A stretch of DNA of 60,471 nt from positions 1 to 60,471 of the IMG/VR virus record IMGVR_UViG_3300028025_003339; one strand, written 5' to 3'. Positions 59,062 through 60,471 of this stretch are shown here, in pieces. This stretch comes from a virus. Its lineage: Duplodnaviria > Caudoviricetes. Numbering within the stretch: the stretch's first letter is position 1; every line of letters begins with the position of its first letter. The position numbers and the translations under genes are program-made. Below the pieces are notes generated by a model. The model saw only the letters and a program-made list of their open reading frames with translations, did no database searches and was not told the origin of the DNA.

Positions 59062-59935
59062 GTACGCTGGCGGAAAAACGAGAGCCATTAAACACATTAT
59101 GCCTTATTTCCCAACGGATTTAACGAATGTGATATCACCATTTATGGGAGGTGGGTCTTTGGAGGTTTACCTTACAAATTTAAACATCAATGTTCATGGG
59201 TTTGACATCTTTAAACCATTGGTTACATTTTGGGATGAGATGATTAACGACAATGAAAACTTTGTTAACTTTCTAAGAACTATCGAACCCACAGCGGATA
59301 ACTATAAAGTAGTTAAAGATAAATTAGTTAATTGGGAATATACTCAAGAGATGTTAAAAGGTTGGAAGACTGACTTTTATATTAGAGAAAATCCAATCAC
59401 ATTAACTCCTGTTGAGATTGCATCTTATTATTATTTTAATCATAACACATCATATGGACCAGGTTATCTTGGTTGGCCATCTTCAGTTTACTTGACACAA
59501 ACTAAGTGGAATAAAATGATTGATGACATTTCTAAATTTGATGGTAGTAAACTACAAGTTTCACAATCAGATTTCTCCGATGTTATTTCTGGTCATCCAA
59601 ATGATTTCATTTACTTAGACCCACCATACTTTATGGGTAAAGATAGTGATAATAAAATGCATGCAGCAATCTATCCAATGAAGAACATACCGGTTCATCA
59701 CGAAGGATTTAATCATGAGTTGTTAAGAGACTTACTACACTCACATCCTGGCAAGTTTATTATGTCATATAATAATTGTGAAACGATTAGAGAGTACTAT
59801 AAAGACTTTAGACTCGAGTACCCAACTTGGAATTATTCAATGGGTAATGGAGAAACAAGGATTGGAGAGAACAGAACAAGAGAGGGAATTGTAAATCACA
59901 AAGAGTCTCACGAAATATTAATTATTAAAGAGTAA
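59027..59935 (+). CDS. Dam/D12-class N6-adenine DNA methyltransferase
   Basis: RYAGGK, PFMGGGS, YLDPPY. Confidence 0.9.
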   Translation: MSKKLMNKTPIRYAGGKTRAIKHIMPYFPTDLTNVISPFMGGGSLEVYLTNLNINVHGFDIFKPLVTFWDEMINDNENFVNFLRTIEPTADNYKVVKDKLVNWEYTQEMLKGWKTDFYIRENPITLTPVEIASYYYFNHNTSYGPGYLGWPSSVYLTQTKWNKMIDDISKFDGSKLQVSQSDFSDVISGHPNDFIYLDPPYFMGKDSDNKMHAAIYPMKNIPVHHEGFNHELLRDLLHSHPGKFIMSYNNCETIREYYKDFRLEYPTWNYSMGNGETRIGENRTREGIVNHKESHEILIIKE

Positions 59936-59936
59936 T

Positions 59937-60471
59937 ATGATTAACAATATTGAATTGATTAAACCATTATTGAACTTCGATAACGAGGGAGACTTCTATA
60001 TGCTTTATGTTTTTAAACGCAAGAAGGATCAACCTGAAGGCGAGAGAGACAATCATCAATCAGTTCGTACAATTAAATCATATTGTGTCACATCAATAGA
60101 GTATCTTGAAAAAAGATACGACGAGATTATTCAACTATGTGAAGTGTTTAAAGCAAGAGCGTACATTCACGTAGTTAAACAAAACCATATGGACGTGTCG
60201 TTGAATATGATTACTGAAATTGTGACTCGAATTCAATCAGGACAAATTAATCAACAACATGTATTTGATTCGGTTGTTGGTCAGATAAAAACAATTGAGA
60301 AGAGATGGATCATTGATGTGGATGATAAAAATGTTAGAGGATTAGTACCAATTACTTCATTCATCCATTCGTTGAGACCTGAAGGTGATAAACTGGAAGC
60401 CTGTATACCAACAAGGAATGGTTATCATCTAATAACAAAAAGGTTTGATACTCAAATGTTTAAAACAGAGT
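59937..60471 (+). CDS. Partial CDS, possible AEP/primpol-like protein
   Basis: Open to the window end; WIIDVDD and PTRNGYHL motifs. Confidence 0.55.
   Translation, partial: MINNIELIKPLLNFDNEGDFYMLYVFKRKKDQPEGERDNHQSVRTIKSYCVTSIEYLEKRYDEIIQLCEVFKARAYIHVVKQNHMDVSLNMITEIVTRIQSGQINQQHVFDSVVGQIKTIEKRWIIDVDDKNVRGLVPITSFIHSLRPEGDKLEACIPTRNGYHLITKRFDTQMFKTE

Noticed and set aside
1-60471. Stop-codon recoding (TAG/TGA), as in some large phages
   Set aside because: Recognisable genes are intact in the standard code, and TAG/TGA terminate genes at sensible positions.

Overview
This AT-rich, gene-dense window looks like part of a large (jumbo-type, T4-like) tailed phage. Its host is probably Bacteroidota, because several gene blocks are preceded by TTTG-N19/20-TATATTTG promoters. 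It reads cleanly in the standard genetic code. Layout: (1) 1-16.4 kb is a tail-fibre module: a 1746-aa Ser/Thr-rich fibre with a cupredoxin-like insert, then three paralogous propeller-like proteins. A coupled operon follows (coiled-coil protein, fibre-chaperone-like protein, radical SAM/SPASM, U32-family Fe-S protein, methyltransferase). After it come an unusual tRNA (Ser-type body, CCG anticodon), an outer-membrane barrel and a DUF401-like transporter. (2) 16.4-27.9 kb on the minus strand is a glycosylation island with an ACP/adenylation/reductase/acyltransferase/aminotransferase unit and a stand-alone major-capsid-like fragment. (3) 28-60 kb holds accessory genes: thyA, iscA, NlpC/P60, a tri-domain lysin, a B12 radical SAM, SPFH, phosphoesterases, an orphan RelE-like toxin, and a DUF262 + nuclease + adenine MTase cassette. 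All calls come from motif recognition by eye; no searches were run.
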